From Lama glama (taxonomy: Eukaryota): a DNA stretch of 64,000 nt. Under the pieces are notes generated by a model. The model did no database searches, was not told where the DNA came from, and saw only the letters and a program-made list of their open reading frames with translations. This document shows, one piece after another, positions 1-14,537 of the stretch. Location of the stretch: positions 22,878,001-22,942,000 of the forward strand of contig CM052850.1 in the NCBI GenBank assembly GCA_028534125.1, written 5' to 3'. The translations under genes and the position numbers were made by a program. Position 1 is the stretch's first letter; every line of letters begins with the position of its first letter.

Positions 1-1409
1 AATGCCAGTCTATTTAAGGAAAAATAAGAACCAAAAATAGTGTGGGGGCTATTTGCAAATGTTAAAAATTATGAGTACTAAAATATTGAACTAGAAAAAT
101 TTCTTGCCTACAGGGTAAGTTCCAAAATCCTTAGCATGGCATACAGTTTGACCCTAAACTATACTTCCAGCTTTATTTCCTAGTTATAGAGCATCAGGAA
201 TACAGAGTTTCTTGCCATTCGGACAATAAACAATAAACAAGTCAAAATAGACAATAAACAAGTCAGAAAATAAGCAAGGTAATTAAAGCTTTGAGTTTAA
301 ATCCTGTGAAGGAAATAAGAGTGAAGACCCCAATAGCTGGAGTGAGAGGATCAGGGACAGAGAGTTGCAAAAGTCCTTAGATGGGAAGGAGTACAACATA
401 GTTGAGAGAAAGTATAGGGAGAGTTTAATGGGTGAGAGGGAAGAATGGTGGTGGAAGAGGTGGGAGAGAGGCAGAGCAGGCTGTGTGAGCCTGAACTTTT
501 TCATTCTAAGTGCAAAAATAAGTCAAGGGAGGATTTTCAGTAGAGATGTGACCAACTCATTTTTCCAAAGACCACAGTACCTACTGCAGAGAATAGATGT
601 ATCTAAGTCTCAGTACAACTGCTTTCCCTGTAAAACTACCCAACCTTAAAGTCCTAGTTCAAATGGAGGGCCCCCCTTACATGCACTCTCCTTACTTCTA
701 GTCCTATTAGAAATTTTCTTTGTTCCGCCATAGCACTTTGTGCTATGGCAATGATCACTTTCCTAATGTAATTATAAAGTGACTGTTGACAACACAGGAC
801 TTTCCCCCTGTTCTGCCAGCACCTCTTAAAATATTAGACACACATATCGACATGCATAACTGTTCGACTTTAACATTAATGAATAAACCCACAGTCCACT
901 ATTGTTTAAGGTCTATGTAGATTCCAGAATGTGGGGGCAATATGGGTTTTGCCTCAACTCCTAGGTTTTTAAACGTTAAATATTTGTACCATCCTCAGAG
1001 AAGCTAAGGCTCCTATTTTGTTTAAAGCCGTGATTTTTCTTTTTTAATTTCCATAAGTGGAGGAAAGAATTTGAGTGAGTTTTCTTTTTCTTTAAAGTTG
1101 ATATTTGTCTCCCCAATCGTATTTCACCGGACAACCAGGTCTGCTAGGGTTTTTTTAGGAGAGAAAAATCCATGCTGCAGTACGTTCCAGAAGCAGCTTT
1201 TTGAAGCAGAACTGCTGACTGAACTATATATATATATTTTTTTAATGCTTCCATCATAGATCAGGCTGCTCCTCGGCACAGTATAGGTCTGGAAGTTTTT
1301 AGAGAAAAAATCTTCCTTCAACTTCCATTCCCTAGTATGGAGTGAAAGGAGACGCGAAGCAAGCCTTCAACAAAAAAAAATTAGGCTGGGCTTCTCCGTC
1401 AGCTACCCT

Positions 1410-3192
<1,783 letters not shown>

Positions 3193-3333
3193 CCCATCTT
3201 CTGTTGTTCTGATGTTCTCTCCAGAGGTTCCATTTGACCATGCAGCTTTGGGGAAATAGGGCTGGGGTGGAACTCACTGTGTTTTATATTTAATCTCTTA
3301 CCCTTTCCTGCTTAGTGTTTCTTTTGAGTTATG

Positions 3334-3339
3334 AATAAA
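3334..3339 (+). terminator. Proximal poly(A) signal of RBM8A (AATAAA)
   Basis: AATAAA 142 nt after the stop codon, followed by U/GU-rich sequence. Confidence 0.7.
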
Positions 3340-3636
3340 TGTCCCAGTTTTGTTTTCTACATTTAAAATTACTTTCCTGTTCTGACATTGCAAGCTCTGA
3401 AGCACTATTTACAGTAAGGTAGTGTGGGTCACTGTGAAGATACTTCTCCCAGGGACTGAATTCTGTGAGTTTCTACAGTAGACATAGTCTCAAGTCTCAG
3501 CTGGGGTCAAAGTAGAGACTGTGCTCAGTATTTCTTTTTCTTGGAAGCTAAGAGAGCAGGGTAGAAGTCAGATATTCCTGTGATACGAAAGAATAATCAT
3601 TCTGTTCCTGTGTACTCTGTCCTGAACAAATGGATG

Positions 3637-6600
3637 TTATAGGGATGTCTCTTTTGTTTCTCCTGCCTCTTTTGCTGCCACATTTGCTTGTATTTCCATC
3701 TGTCTAAGGGCTTGAATCTCCTGCTGGGGCTTTCTTCCAGATCCTCCTTCTCTGGAGGAGTCTATACTAAGTTCTTGATGCGCTCTTCGGCAGCCAAGGG
3801 TGAAGGCCCCATAGAGGAGAGGATCCAGAGGAGCATTGAGGAGGCCAAAGAGGAAAAGGATGTGGCTGAGGCTGGGAGGCACTTCATTTAGCATGGTGGG
3901 AGAGAACCAGTACCAGAGACCTAGCAGGTAATAAGGTGTCCAGCAGAGGATGAAGGTCAGCAAGACAAGCAGGGCCAGTCGCAGGGCCCGAAGACGAACA
4001 CGGGGACGATTGTCTAAGGAGCGGCGGAGGGTAAATTCACCGGCAGAGGCTGGGAATTTAGAAAACACACTCAAATTCAGAACCACTCAGCTCCTGAATT
4101 GATGAATGGGCATAAATAGAGCTCTCCCCCTCTACAAGGAAGAAAACGCTGCACGCCGCCTTTCCCTTCCCAGCCTAGGACTATATACTCTCCTCCCCCC
4201 AGGGATTATGACAGACATGCTGGGCAAAAAAGGTTTCGATTAAGATGCTGTGTTACATGAAGCTGCCAAGTCTATTTGAAGACTTGTTGGTGTCTAACAG
4301 AAGAATACTGATCCCTTTTCTCCTTATTCTTGCCCAGCTAACTCAACTTCAGAGAATGAAGTTAGAATTGAAGGCATTCAATAACATTATGTGTAGCATC
4401 AGGTGCTAGAGATATGGGTAGTATTTCACTTTTGGTTTGATAGATCACTATCAAATAAATGAGGTTAGAAGCAGTAGGGTATGGGTTAGGGCCTGGGGTC
4501 TGGGGTCTCACCATGGTTCCCCTNNNNNNNNNNNNNNNNNNNNNNNNNNNNNNNNNNNNNNNNNNNNNNNNNNNNNNNNNNNNNNNNNNNNNNNNNNNNN
4601 NNNNNNNNNNNNNNNNNNNNNNNNNNNNNNNNNNNNNNNNNNNNNNNNNNNNNNNNNNNNNNNNNNNNNNNNNNNNNNNNNNNNNNNNNNNNNNCTCGGC
4701 GGACAGTATGGAACAGGAATAGCTAGAATGGAGTTGGGGACTGTTAGAGCTGGTTCCCCTTACCCTCCCCACCAGCCTACCCACCAGTTCAGCAGTATCT
4801 CCTTCCAGTTCATTCTTAATTCTCTGCAGTGCTGAGTAATTGTACATCCATGGTGCCATATTTAAAAGCGTAGAAATGTATCTTGAAAATCCCTCTTCCC
4901 CTTAGGCTATGTTTGTTAAATCTGGAATTTAAAGAATCTTGTCTTCTCAAGGGGTGGGTACAGCTCAGAGGTAGCACATGTGCTTACCGTGCCGAGGTCC
5001 TGGGTTCAATCCCCAGTACCTACATTTAGAACAAAAAGGAAGAAAAACCTTGCCTTTTCAAATACTATTCTAACATTGAACTTCATAAAAGGGTATCTAC
5101 CACCTCACCAACCTTTTGAGCTGAAATGATTTTCATGATGTGAGTGAGTGATTCTGTGAAAACAAGAAATCTTGTATAAAACAGGTGCTGCTAAAATTTC
5201 AGGCCATTTTGCAGCCACTCTGTAAAGTGACCTTTAGTAATAGTCATATGTACAGTAACTATGATGGTGAAACAATGTTAAATAAAATTTAACATTTTCC
5301 AAATGCTGTCGGCTACCCCTTCCCCTTTTTGGCAAACTGCTGGGGTTTTGCTTCGAGTCAGTAGAGAGTATTTTTCAGTTGAGAGCTTCAGGTTGACTAC
5401 CTCGGTTCAGGTAAGGTGGATTGAGTCACTATTAGTTTGATAGAAGGCAAGCTTTGTAGGTATCAGATTCTTAGATATAAGGCATTTTGGAAAGTGATTT
5501 CAGCAAACATGAGGGACTTTTAGGAAAGGTAAATAGTGTCAGTCACAGACATGCAATTAAATGAACTGCTTGGACTTAGGATCAGGCGATTCTAAGTCAG
5601 TTGGGGAGTGGTTTTTCCTCTTCCCCTATCTTGAGTCCATATATTTCGAGGGTTTTGTTTGTTTTGGTGGGGGGGGTGCAGGTTATAGTACACCTAGAAA
5701 TACTTGACACCTTGTGAGAAGGAGTTTAAAATAGGCAGGGGCTCCTGGACTTACATTTTGGTCCATGGCCCCACTTCTGCTTCTTTTCTTATCTGATACG
5801 CAATTTACCATCGACTGTGGAAACCTTTTCAGCTACTTCTGATAACTTGGAAACTCGAGTCTATAAAAATAGTTTCTAACTACAACAATGTTCCCTTCAC
5901 CACACTAACAAAAGAGTTTTTTTACTGACACTAATATTTTAAGTGCAACATGAGGGCAGTGCAGAATTTACATAGGAGGATGCTAATGTGGAACCCAAAA
6001 TAGCACCTTTTGAACCTCAATCATGATGTTACCAGGTTGCTGTTGAAGCAAATGGAGGTTGCACTGTTGTCAGGTTTTCAGACTGTAAGAAAGGATGAAA
6101 TTCATTTGCTATTCCATTATCTTGTGGCCTGTGTATTTCAAGGGATTTAGCCAGTCATACAATTAGTTGTGGTAGAGCCTAGACTCAAAAAGCAAAAGTA
6201 AAACAAGCAAACATCAAAAACAGGCTTCTTCCTAACTCCCAGCCCACATCTAAAATTCGCTTCATATAAATTCAACTGTAACTCCTTTTGCACGGAGGCA
6301 ACAGGCTGCTTTTTAAAACTTGGGGTAGCAGAGGTCCTGTCTGCAACATTCTGTTGGAAGCAATACTTCCTACTTTAGAACTACGGTCAGACTAACTGGT
6401 AGTTAATTTATAATATTTAAGGATTTAAGGGTCAAATCTTAAATCTGGCTCTAGAATGTATTATTCCAGAGGCTGAAATTATAGACTCCGTCCTGACATA
6501 ACCCTAATCCTTGTCTCAGAGATGCTGCTTTACTCCCTCCTCCCGGATAGTGGTAGTGGTTTTGGTTTTGAAAGAATTGCTTTTTTCTAGATTTCTAGTT

Positions 6601-7999
6601 CATTTTCAGTATTGAGATTTGATTAACTGGTCCTCAAGTTCAGGTGCTCCCCCTTTCCCCCGGTTCTGACACCCACCATAAAGTTAGAGTAAAAAATGGC
6701 AAATCTAATTGTCACTCTCTACCTTTTACTTTAGTGTCTCCACTGCCCTCAGGATAAACTACTAGCCTAATATTTGTGATCTGGTTCTTCATTCCCCCCA
6801 GGGCTCATTTTTCACCATTTTCTAGCCCTCATCTTGAGCTGCAACCACTGTGAGATTGTCTACCCTCTACCCTCCCCAGCAGTCCTGCTTTAACTTGTCT
6901 GACTTCCAAGAATCAACTTTCAACGTCTCTGGGAAGTCAGGAAGCTTTCCCTAACAGTCCAAGAGTGGGTCAGACATCTCCATTGTTCTTTAAAAGCTCC
7001 TTATGCTTAGATTAACGCTCGACTACACACTGTGTTCTAATTGCATATTAATTTGACTCTGCACTAGTTTAAAAATTTCTTGGAGGCAAGACTTTGTCGC
7101 TCTATCCTTGATAGAACTTTTGATTGTACCTAGGGGATGCACATTATTTTTTGGATTGATGAATGAATGTACCACAAAGTTTTGTCCAAAGTCACTGACT
7201 TAACTGTCTTCTTCCCATATATGTTTCCTCCCTGCCCTAGAGTTCTGCATCTGAAGAAGGTTGGGAGGGAGGATGCAAAAAGGTGGAAGTCAAGTGTAGT
7301 AAAATCAAAGGCTCTTTACAAAAATACAAATTAACACTCGATGATGGTAACTTGCAAAAGAGATAGCAGAGGCTCCCCCGCTGAGGATTTATGGTGACCG
7401 CGGCCACGCACACCCCTTGAAACCGAAGGCTCATGTTGTATACCCAAATTCTTGTTGAGTCTAGCCGTAAGTGCCGGCAAGTCACTCACCTGGGGCAAGG
7501 CAAGCAGGAAACTAAGTCCCCAGGCTGCCCCCAGAAGTTTCCCTCCAGTTGAGCGGGGTCCAAGCGGGTGGAGTACGGCTGCCTGGCGGTCGAGCCCAAT
7601 GACCACAGGCAGGAAAGCTGCGGCATACATAGCCATTAGTTTCAGGAACATGAGTGTCCGACATGCGATATCCCCGGCCAGCCACTGAACAGTGATATTC
7701 CAGGTGGCATCTAGAGGCATAACCACGAAAGTGACCAGTAAGTCGGCAGCTGCTAAATGAGCAAAGAGTCGTCGTACCGGAGAGGGGCGGAGCTGGCTAG
7801 GTTGCGGCCGTGTCACTGACCACAGCACAGCCAGGTTGCCTCCAGCCGAAGAAATAAACAGCACAACGGTCACTCCCACTCGGACCTTGGCTGCAACTGA
7901 GAAGGTGGGCAGCTCTGAGCCCTCCACTTCTACTCCTGACCCCGCCCAGACCTCCTCCCCTGCTGCTGACCCCAAAGGGGTGCCGTTTCCTGCAGACAT
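3637..7999 (-). CDS. GNRHR2: Type II gonadotropin-releasing hormone receptor, apparently intact, 377 aa predicted, 3 exons
   Basis: Exon 1 7999-7490 (Kozak gtcaccATG; MSAGNGTP...GNLAVL...ADLLVTF...CRTLMFLKL...GLDRQAAV...ALPQ). Exon 2 4722-4512 (LFLFHTVRR...[N 4694-4524]...GNH). Exon 3 4049-3637 (SAGEFTLRR...CWTPYY...EVPPSLSH...DPLLY plus a cytoplasmic tail). 510+211+413=1134 nt, in frame. 171 nt of exon 2 are unreadable. Confidence 0.9.
4951..5042 (+). mobile_element. tRNA-derived SINE (camelid Vic-1-like)
   Basis: A-box/B-box head GGGTACAGCTCAGAGGTAG...GGTTCAATCCCC and an A-rich tail. Flanked by a degenerate target-site duplication: aaagaatcttgtcttctcaa / aaaaaccttgccttttcaa. Confidence 0.8.
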
Positions 8000-9150
8000 G
8001 GTGACCTGGAAAGCCAAGGGATGAGGGGATAAAGTGTGCGTTTGAAGAGATTAGCTGCGTCCGCTGATTCTTCTCCCTCCCTTTTAGGATCTGAAGTTGG
8101 TTATTTAGCGAATTTCGTCCACTAAAGCGTCTGTCTCTGGAGACTCCATCCGTATTCTGGAAGTCACCTGTCCAACCGTCAGGGTCCTGCAGGGAACAGG
8201 AATCTGGTGTAGGCTTCTGCTTCCATTGACTTCTTTAGCGCCCAGAGTCCTGGATTCGGCTGGAGCGTGCGAGTGAGTCAGTGTGTGAACTGGGGGTGTT
8301 CTGCTGAACGCGCTCCAGGGTGGAGGGAACGCTATCCTAGCGGCCCCGGCGAGAGCACTGCGGCACCTTCTGGCCCCGCCCGCATCCTGCAAGCCCCGCC
8401 CTTGGTCCGGACTATTTAAAGGAAAATGTGCCTCTGCAGGCGGGCTTAAGAAATAGAGATAATCTGAAAAAAGGACGCGCTGATGGAGACGCGCGCAAAA
8501 ACACGCAGGTGTAGGCCCAGAGACAAGTGCTGCTCGTTCTGAAATGCCGCTTCAGGGGCCGGCTGCAGGCGCTTTCTGTCCTGATGATGTTTGTCCCTCG
8601 CGCGGCACCGTCGGATCGTCCGGGAGGCGTGACTAGGGGCGGGAAGTGGGGCGGGAGCGGATCTGCGGAGCCGGGGCCGCCGCTGTCATGGACGCCTGGG
8701 TCCGCTTCAGCGCTCAGAGCCAGGCCCGGGAGCGGCTGTGTAGGTGCGGCCCGAAGAGAAGTGGGGGGAGGGCGGGCAGGGGAAGAGCCTCGTGAGGCGA
8801 AGTCAGGTCCCACTACGGGGGTCAGAAAGGGTCAACTCGGGGTACGGGGGCCTGGACGGAACGCGAGGCTCTCTGTTGAGCCGGCTGTGAGGCCATGATT
8901 CGTTTCTGCCCGCGGGAAAGATGGGAAAACTGAGGCACGAGTGGGCCAGCGGGGAGGCCGCTCAGGGTTGCGTGTTGACATGAGACCGACAGTTTCCTCA
9001 CTGGGCGCTGGTGGAACGAGGAGCGTTCGCCCCGTGGCGGATAGCGACCTGGACTCTGTCCCCAGGGCTGACGAGGCGCTCCAAAGTTTCCCTGTCCCCT
9101 CAGCCTTCTGTCACCCGCGAACTCCTCTGTCTCCCCGCCCTGGCTTTTAG
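8000..9150. promoter_or_regulatory. CpG island; shared head-to-head promoter region of GNRHR2 and PEX11B
   Basis: CpG-dense region with GC boxes. The two start codons (7999 minus, 8688 plus) are about 690 bp apart and divergent. Confidence 0.75.
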
Positions 9151-11759
9151 TCTCCATTCATCTCAAGGGCCTTGAAAATCTTAGTCGACCTATTCTGAAG
9201 AATAATCTGCCCTCCAGCTATCCCCCACTCCCTCACATATCACAAAGATGCTCACACTGATGTGCTTTGATGGACCCCCTGCCGCCTTCAATATCCCCTT
9301 CAGTCCTCGTCATTGTCAAATCTCTCGTTTCCTCAGTTCTACAGAGTGCTCCGCACCCCCTTCTAGGCTCCTTTTTTTTATCCTTACGTCTTTCTCTTCC
9401 CCTGGCCTGGAGGAGAAACGGTGAGATGTGGGCATGAAGAGGAGGAGAGGGAAATGTCTCAAACGGGGAAAAGGAGGGGTCCAGGGAGGACTCGCCTTTT
9501 GGAGGACACTTTTGAGAGGGAGGTTAGGGAGGCCTCCACCTTACCTTACCTGTCCTCTCTCCTCCAGGGCTGCCCAGTATGCTTGCTCCCTTCTTGGCCA
9601 TGCACTACAGAAACATGGGGCCAGTCCTGAGTTACAGAAACAGATTCGACAACTGGAGGGTCATCTGAGCCTAGGAAGAAAGCGTAAGTAACTGTGCCTT
9701 TCCTTTTATTAATCCAACACTTCCTCCATCCCCAGCTTTTCTTCCTTAGTCCCTCCTTCCTGCTTTTGACTTCTGCCAGTTCTTCTCCCTCATTTCCTCT
9801 GCACTTATACTCTCTGCATGCCTCCTGACCGGGACAAGAGAGCAGGGGTAAGAGTAATGAAGGATTAGAAAGAATGGGGCAAATTTGAGAAAACTAACCT
9901 GGGACACAAATTGATTAAATCTTGAAGTAAAAAAGAATGATCTCTTTCTGCACTTAAAATTGTTTGTTATTGTTTTTTATCACTTGCTCGACTTTCACCT
10001 TCTTGCGCTCTCTCTTTCTCTGTGTCTTGCTCTCTATTTGCCTCTCTGCTTTCCCAAATCCTTGCTTTTCTTTGCTAACCTCCGCAAGTCCTACGCCTCG
10101 GTAACTCGGCAGATGCCCTTGAGTCAGCNNNNNNNNNNNNNNNNNNNNNNNNNNNNNNNNNNNNNNNNNNNNNNNNNNNNNNNNNNNNNNNNNNNNNNNN
10201 NNNNNNNNNNNNNNNNNNNNNNNNNNNNNNNNNNNNNNNNNNNNNNNNNNNNNNNNNNNNNNNNNNNNNNNNNNNNNNNNNNNNNNNNNNNNNNNNNNNN
10301 NNNNNNNNNNNNNNNNCCTTTTGTATTCTCCATACTGCATAGCTGGCCTTTTATGAAAGAACAGTCTCTCAGGGGCTTCTCTGAGAATATACACATCTTA
10401 ATCACTTGGCTTCCAATCTTCATTTAGATCTTAAACTATCAGAGAATAATGAATAGGGGAAGATGGAAGACAGATGCTCTTCCATGATGAATGACTAAGA
10501 TCGGGCAAGATTAGATATTAATTCTATTTCTTTAATTCTGCGTCTGTCTGTACCACAGGTCATGCCCCTCATTGCCTGCTCATTCATTCATTCTAAAAAT
10601 ATTTAGTAGGTTCTTGCTGTGAGCCAGGGAATACAGCAAAGGGCCAAACAGTTATGGTTCCTGCTCTCATGAAGCTTCTAGTCTAGTGGAGGAGTCAGGG
10701 ATTAAGACAAATAATCACCAAACCAAATATTTGTGGGGAAGTACACGATGTTATGAGATATATAACACGGGGAGCTAATTTAGATTGAAAAGTCAAGGAA
10801 GAATTCTTTGAGAAAATTAAATTTGTTTCAGACTTGAAGTCTGAGTAGAAGTTATACAAAGCAAACAGTAGCAGAGAAGATCTTCCCAAACAGAAAAATA
10901 GCACACTTTAAGGACTGAACCAAGAAAGACTTCATGGAATTAGAGAAATAGAAAGAAAACCAGTGTGATGGATTTAAGGCTATAAGTTCAAACTGGAGAG
11001 GCAGACAGGGTCCAGGTCATTCATGCAAAGCCTTGTAGGCAATGGTAAGGGGTTTTTTTGTTTAAATTTTATCCTAAGTACAGTGGGTTCTGAGCAGAGA
11101 TGTGACATAATTCAAATTGTGTTCAAAAAAGATCTCTCATGCTGTAGTGTGGAAAATGGATTGCTGTAAGGCAAAAGAGGAGGAGATGCCCTAATGTGGT
11201 CAAGAGATGATGTTGGCTTGGACTGAGGAGCAGGCTGGTGTTGAAAGTGGAAAGAATCATGATCTGGGAGTTAAATGATCTGTATACATATCATCTGTAT
11301 TGGTTTTTTGTTCTCCAATGATTCTTTGTCATTGTACATTAGCATCTTTCCTTCTACATTTATGTCTTGCTTTTCTCTTCATCTTTATCATTTATATTTA
11401 TATCCTATTCATTTAGGATGTATGAGGGGTGGGAGTGGAAGCATGGCTGGAGTGGTATGGAAAAACAACTCCCCAGAAGGGTTTATATGCCATGTTTATT
11501 CATTTTATTCAATAAATATTTATAGAGCTCTTAGTATGTGCCGAGCACTGGTCTAGACACAGTGGTAAAGACAAACAAGATCCCTGCTCCAGTGGTGCTT
11601 ACATTGTAACAAGAAGAGCAAAGAAACAATAAATGAGAAAAATGACAGAGAGTGGTAAATGCAATGCAGGAAATTAAAATAAGGTCATGTGGTAGACAGT
11701 AAATGGCTCGCTACTTTAGAATTGGGAGGTCGGAGAATACATCCCTAAAGAGATAATAT

Positions 11760-11812
<53 letters not shown>

Positions 11813-13700
11813 TTGAAATATAGTTGATTTACAATGTTGTGTTAGTTTCTGGTGTATAACAAAGTGATTCAGAGATATATATATATAAATTTTTTTTTCT
11901 TTTTCATGTTCTTTTCCATTATGGTATATTACAAGATATTGAATATAGTTCCCTGTGCTATACAGTAGGACCTCGTTGTTTATTTTATATACAGTAGTTT
12001 ATATCTGCTAATCTCATACTCCTAATATGGCCCTCCTCCACACTCCTCTCCTTTGGTAACTATCAGTTTGTTTTCTGTGAATCTATTTCTGTTTTGTAAA
12101 TAAGTTCATTTGTGTCATATTTTAGATCCCACATATAAGTGATATCATATGATACTTGTCTTTCTCTGGCTTATTTCGCTTAGTGTGATAATCTCTCTAG
12201 GTTCATCATGTTGCTGCAGATGACATTATTTTATTCTTTTTTATGGCTGAGTAGTTGTGTGTGTGTGTGTGTGTGTATATCACGTTGAAGTGTGACATTT
12301 AAGCTCAAACTTGAAGTGCAAGGAAGAACCAGCCATGAGAAGATTTTGGAGGGAGAATATTTCAGGCTGAGGGAGTATGTGGTATAAAGTTTCTAAAATA
12401 GAAACGAGCTTAATAGGATCAAAATATAGAAAGAACCTAATGTGTTTGGAGCATAGCAATTAAGGGAAAGCATGGTACAAGATGAAGTTAGAGAGACAAG
12501 AGTCAGATGTTGAGTTCTATATGCCTGCCTAAAGTAGTTTATTCTAAATGTGATAGGGAGGAAACCATGGAGAGTTTTAAGAAAGGGAATAATGATGTCA
12601 TTTATGTTTATGCCAGCTACTGTATGAGATTAGATTGTTGGGAGTGGGGAGCAAGAGTGGCTGTGGAGAAACCAGTTAAAAGACTAAAGTAGTAGTTCAA
12701 GGAAGAGATGATGGTGGCTCAGACTGTGGTGGTGGAGTATAAAAGATAGATGTGGTTAAAGTCAGGATACGTTTTAGAGTTAGGACAATTATATTGAATA
12801 CAGACCACTGTTGTCAGAATGGATTAAAAATAAAAAAGACATAGACTGTTCTTAAGGAATTTATAATCCAACTCATTTGGCAAGGTGGGCTTAGCTTTGT
12901 TTTTTTTTTTAATGGAAGGATTGGATTTAAATGGTCTATACATCTGAGTCTTTGAAACAACTGAAGCTGTTCTTTTAAAATAAATTTGCATTGTTATAGT
13001 TCAAGTTGAATGTGTGTGCACTAATGGGTTGCCAAGTGGAAAAGTGAAATTTGAGGTTGATCTTGGAATATTTCATGACTCATGAATTTTAAGCGAGGAT
13101 CTTAAGGTGCACATAAATCCCATTCGTTACAGAAAGGTGGAAGGCCATTTGTGAGAGTGGGTAATAACATTCCCTTCTGGTATTCTAATGTGTAATCCTT
13201 TTGCACTATGGAGGGAAAAAAGAAGTGTAAGTGTTCTGTTGGATGTAAATAGGTATACATACCCTTACTGACTCTTCTGCCCTGTGTATCCCAGGTATTA
13301 TCTGTTTTCCCTCATCATGAATTTGAGCCGTGATGCTTATGAGATTCGCCTCCTGATGGAACAAGAGTCTTCAGCTTGTAGCCGGCGACTGAAGGGCTCT
13401 GGAGGAGGAGTCCCAGGAGGAATTGAAACTGGGGGAGCTGGGAGTCCAGGAACTCCAGGAGGAAGCCTGCCCCAAGTAGCTCTGAAGCTTCAACTCCAAG
13501 TCCTGCTCCTGGCTCGGGTCCTTCGAGGTCATCCCCCTCTTCTGCTCGATGTGGTCAGAAATGCCTGCGATCTCTTCATTCCACTGGACAAGCTAGGCCT
13601 CTGGCGCTGTGGCCCTGGGATTGTGGGGTTTTGTGGCCTTGTGTCCTCCATCCTGTCTATTCTCACCCTAATCTGCCCTTGGCTACGACTCAAGCCTTGA
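8688..13700 (+). CDS. PEX11B: Peroxisomal biogenesis factor 11 beta, 259 aa expected, 4 coding exons
   Basis: Exons 8688-8743 ([19 protein letters not shown]), 9568-9683 ([13 protein letters not shown]...LSLGRK), 10089 to about 10290 ([13 protein letters not shown]...; 3' end lies in N-run 10129-10316 and is inferred from the orthologue), 13295-13700 ([17 protein letters not shown]...Gly-rich segment...CPWLRLKP*). Confidence 0.96.
11758..12280 (-). mobile_element. LINE-1 3' end fragment with (TATT)n tail and adjacent (GT)n, within older L2-like sequence in PEX11B intron 3
   Basis: (TATT)n at about 11758-11812 followed by TTTATTGAAATATAGTTGATTTACAATGTTGTGTTAGTTTCTGGTGTA..., a typical antisense L1 3' terminus. 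Confidence 0.75.
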
Positions 13701-14537
13701 TGTTCTGGTGGTACAGGATAAGGAGGGGCCTGAATTGGTGGGATGGAATTTTAGGTTGTCCCCATGTAGCAGCCCCATTCTAACTCTACTCCTTGGTTAA
13801 AGTTGAAATCCAGAGATTCAGGGGTAGAGGGGGAAGCTTTGGGGAAGACGAGGGGAGGAAAGCTGACTTGCGAAGTCGGTGGGATGATTCTGATGTTCAT
13901 ATCTGCTGATTTCTTGTTCTTTTCCTCTTTCATTGTATTGTCTTGACTCTTTTTCCTGTGTCTCTTTCAAGTCTATTTAAGATTCTGTGTCTGCATCTCT
14001 TTTACCTTCTCAGTACCCTATCCTAGGAATTTAATCCACAGCAGAATTACTTTTTGATGTGGGAGGTAGAAGGTATGGTCTGTAAAGTTCTTTTTTAAAT
14101 TATTATTGTTTTTATTGAAGTATAGTCAGAAAGAGAAGTCCCATGTGGTCTGTGAAGTTCTAACTGCCTTCTTTTTTCTCACAAGGGTGACCTGTGGTAG
14201 TTACTCCTCCCTTCATACTCCACATCATAAATTTAAGGGCTTTACGTTCCAGTGAACCCTTCCCACAGGCCCCAGAGCTGGCTTCACGCTTCTTCTTCCT
14301 CTCCCGTGTCGGCCTCACTGACCTTCCTCATGACTTGCCCTTACCCTTCCCTCTATGTACACCTGCAGATTTCTGCTTACACTTTGATTTCATGGCTTGA
14401 TCTGGCGTTTTCTTACCCCTTCTTTGCCTATCCAGTGATGCTGTGTCTGGCATCTTGCTGTAAATACTGTACAATGATTCTGTGTAAATAGCTGAGGCCC
14501 TTGCCCATGATGGAGAGCAAGCCTTCCAGGTTAGCAG

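Noticed and set aside
222-275. Short tandem duplication GACAATAAACAAGTCA
   Set aside because: Ordinary slippage duplication; not a CRISPR-like or functional array.
1-1330. Possible 3' end of the upstream neighbour (LIX1L by synteny); AATAAA at 882-887
   Set aside because: No coding sequence in the window supports it, and the region looks partly like old L2-type repeat.
4951-5020. tRNA-like sequence with A and B boxes (also at 23590-23658 and 27061-27130)
   Set aside because: Diverged heads with A-rich or simple-repeat tails and TSDs identify these as SINEs, not tRNA genes.
7331-7489. C-terminal extension of the GNRHR2 exon 1 ORF and its MAFQVT leader
   Set aside because: The extension is read-through past a canonical gtgagt donor, and the leader starts at a non-ATG codon upstream of the Kozak ATG.
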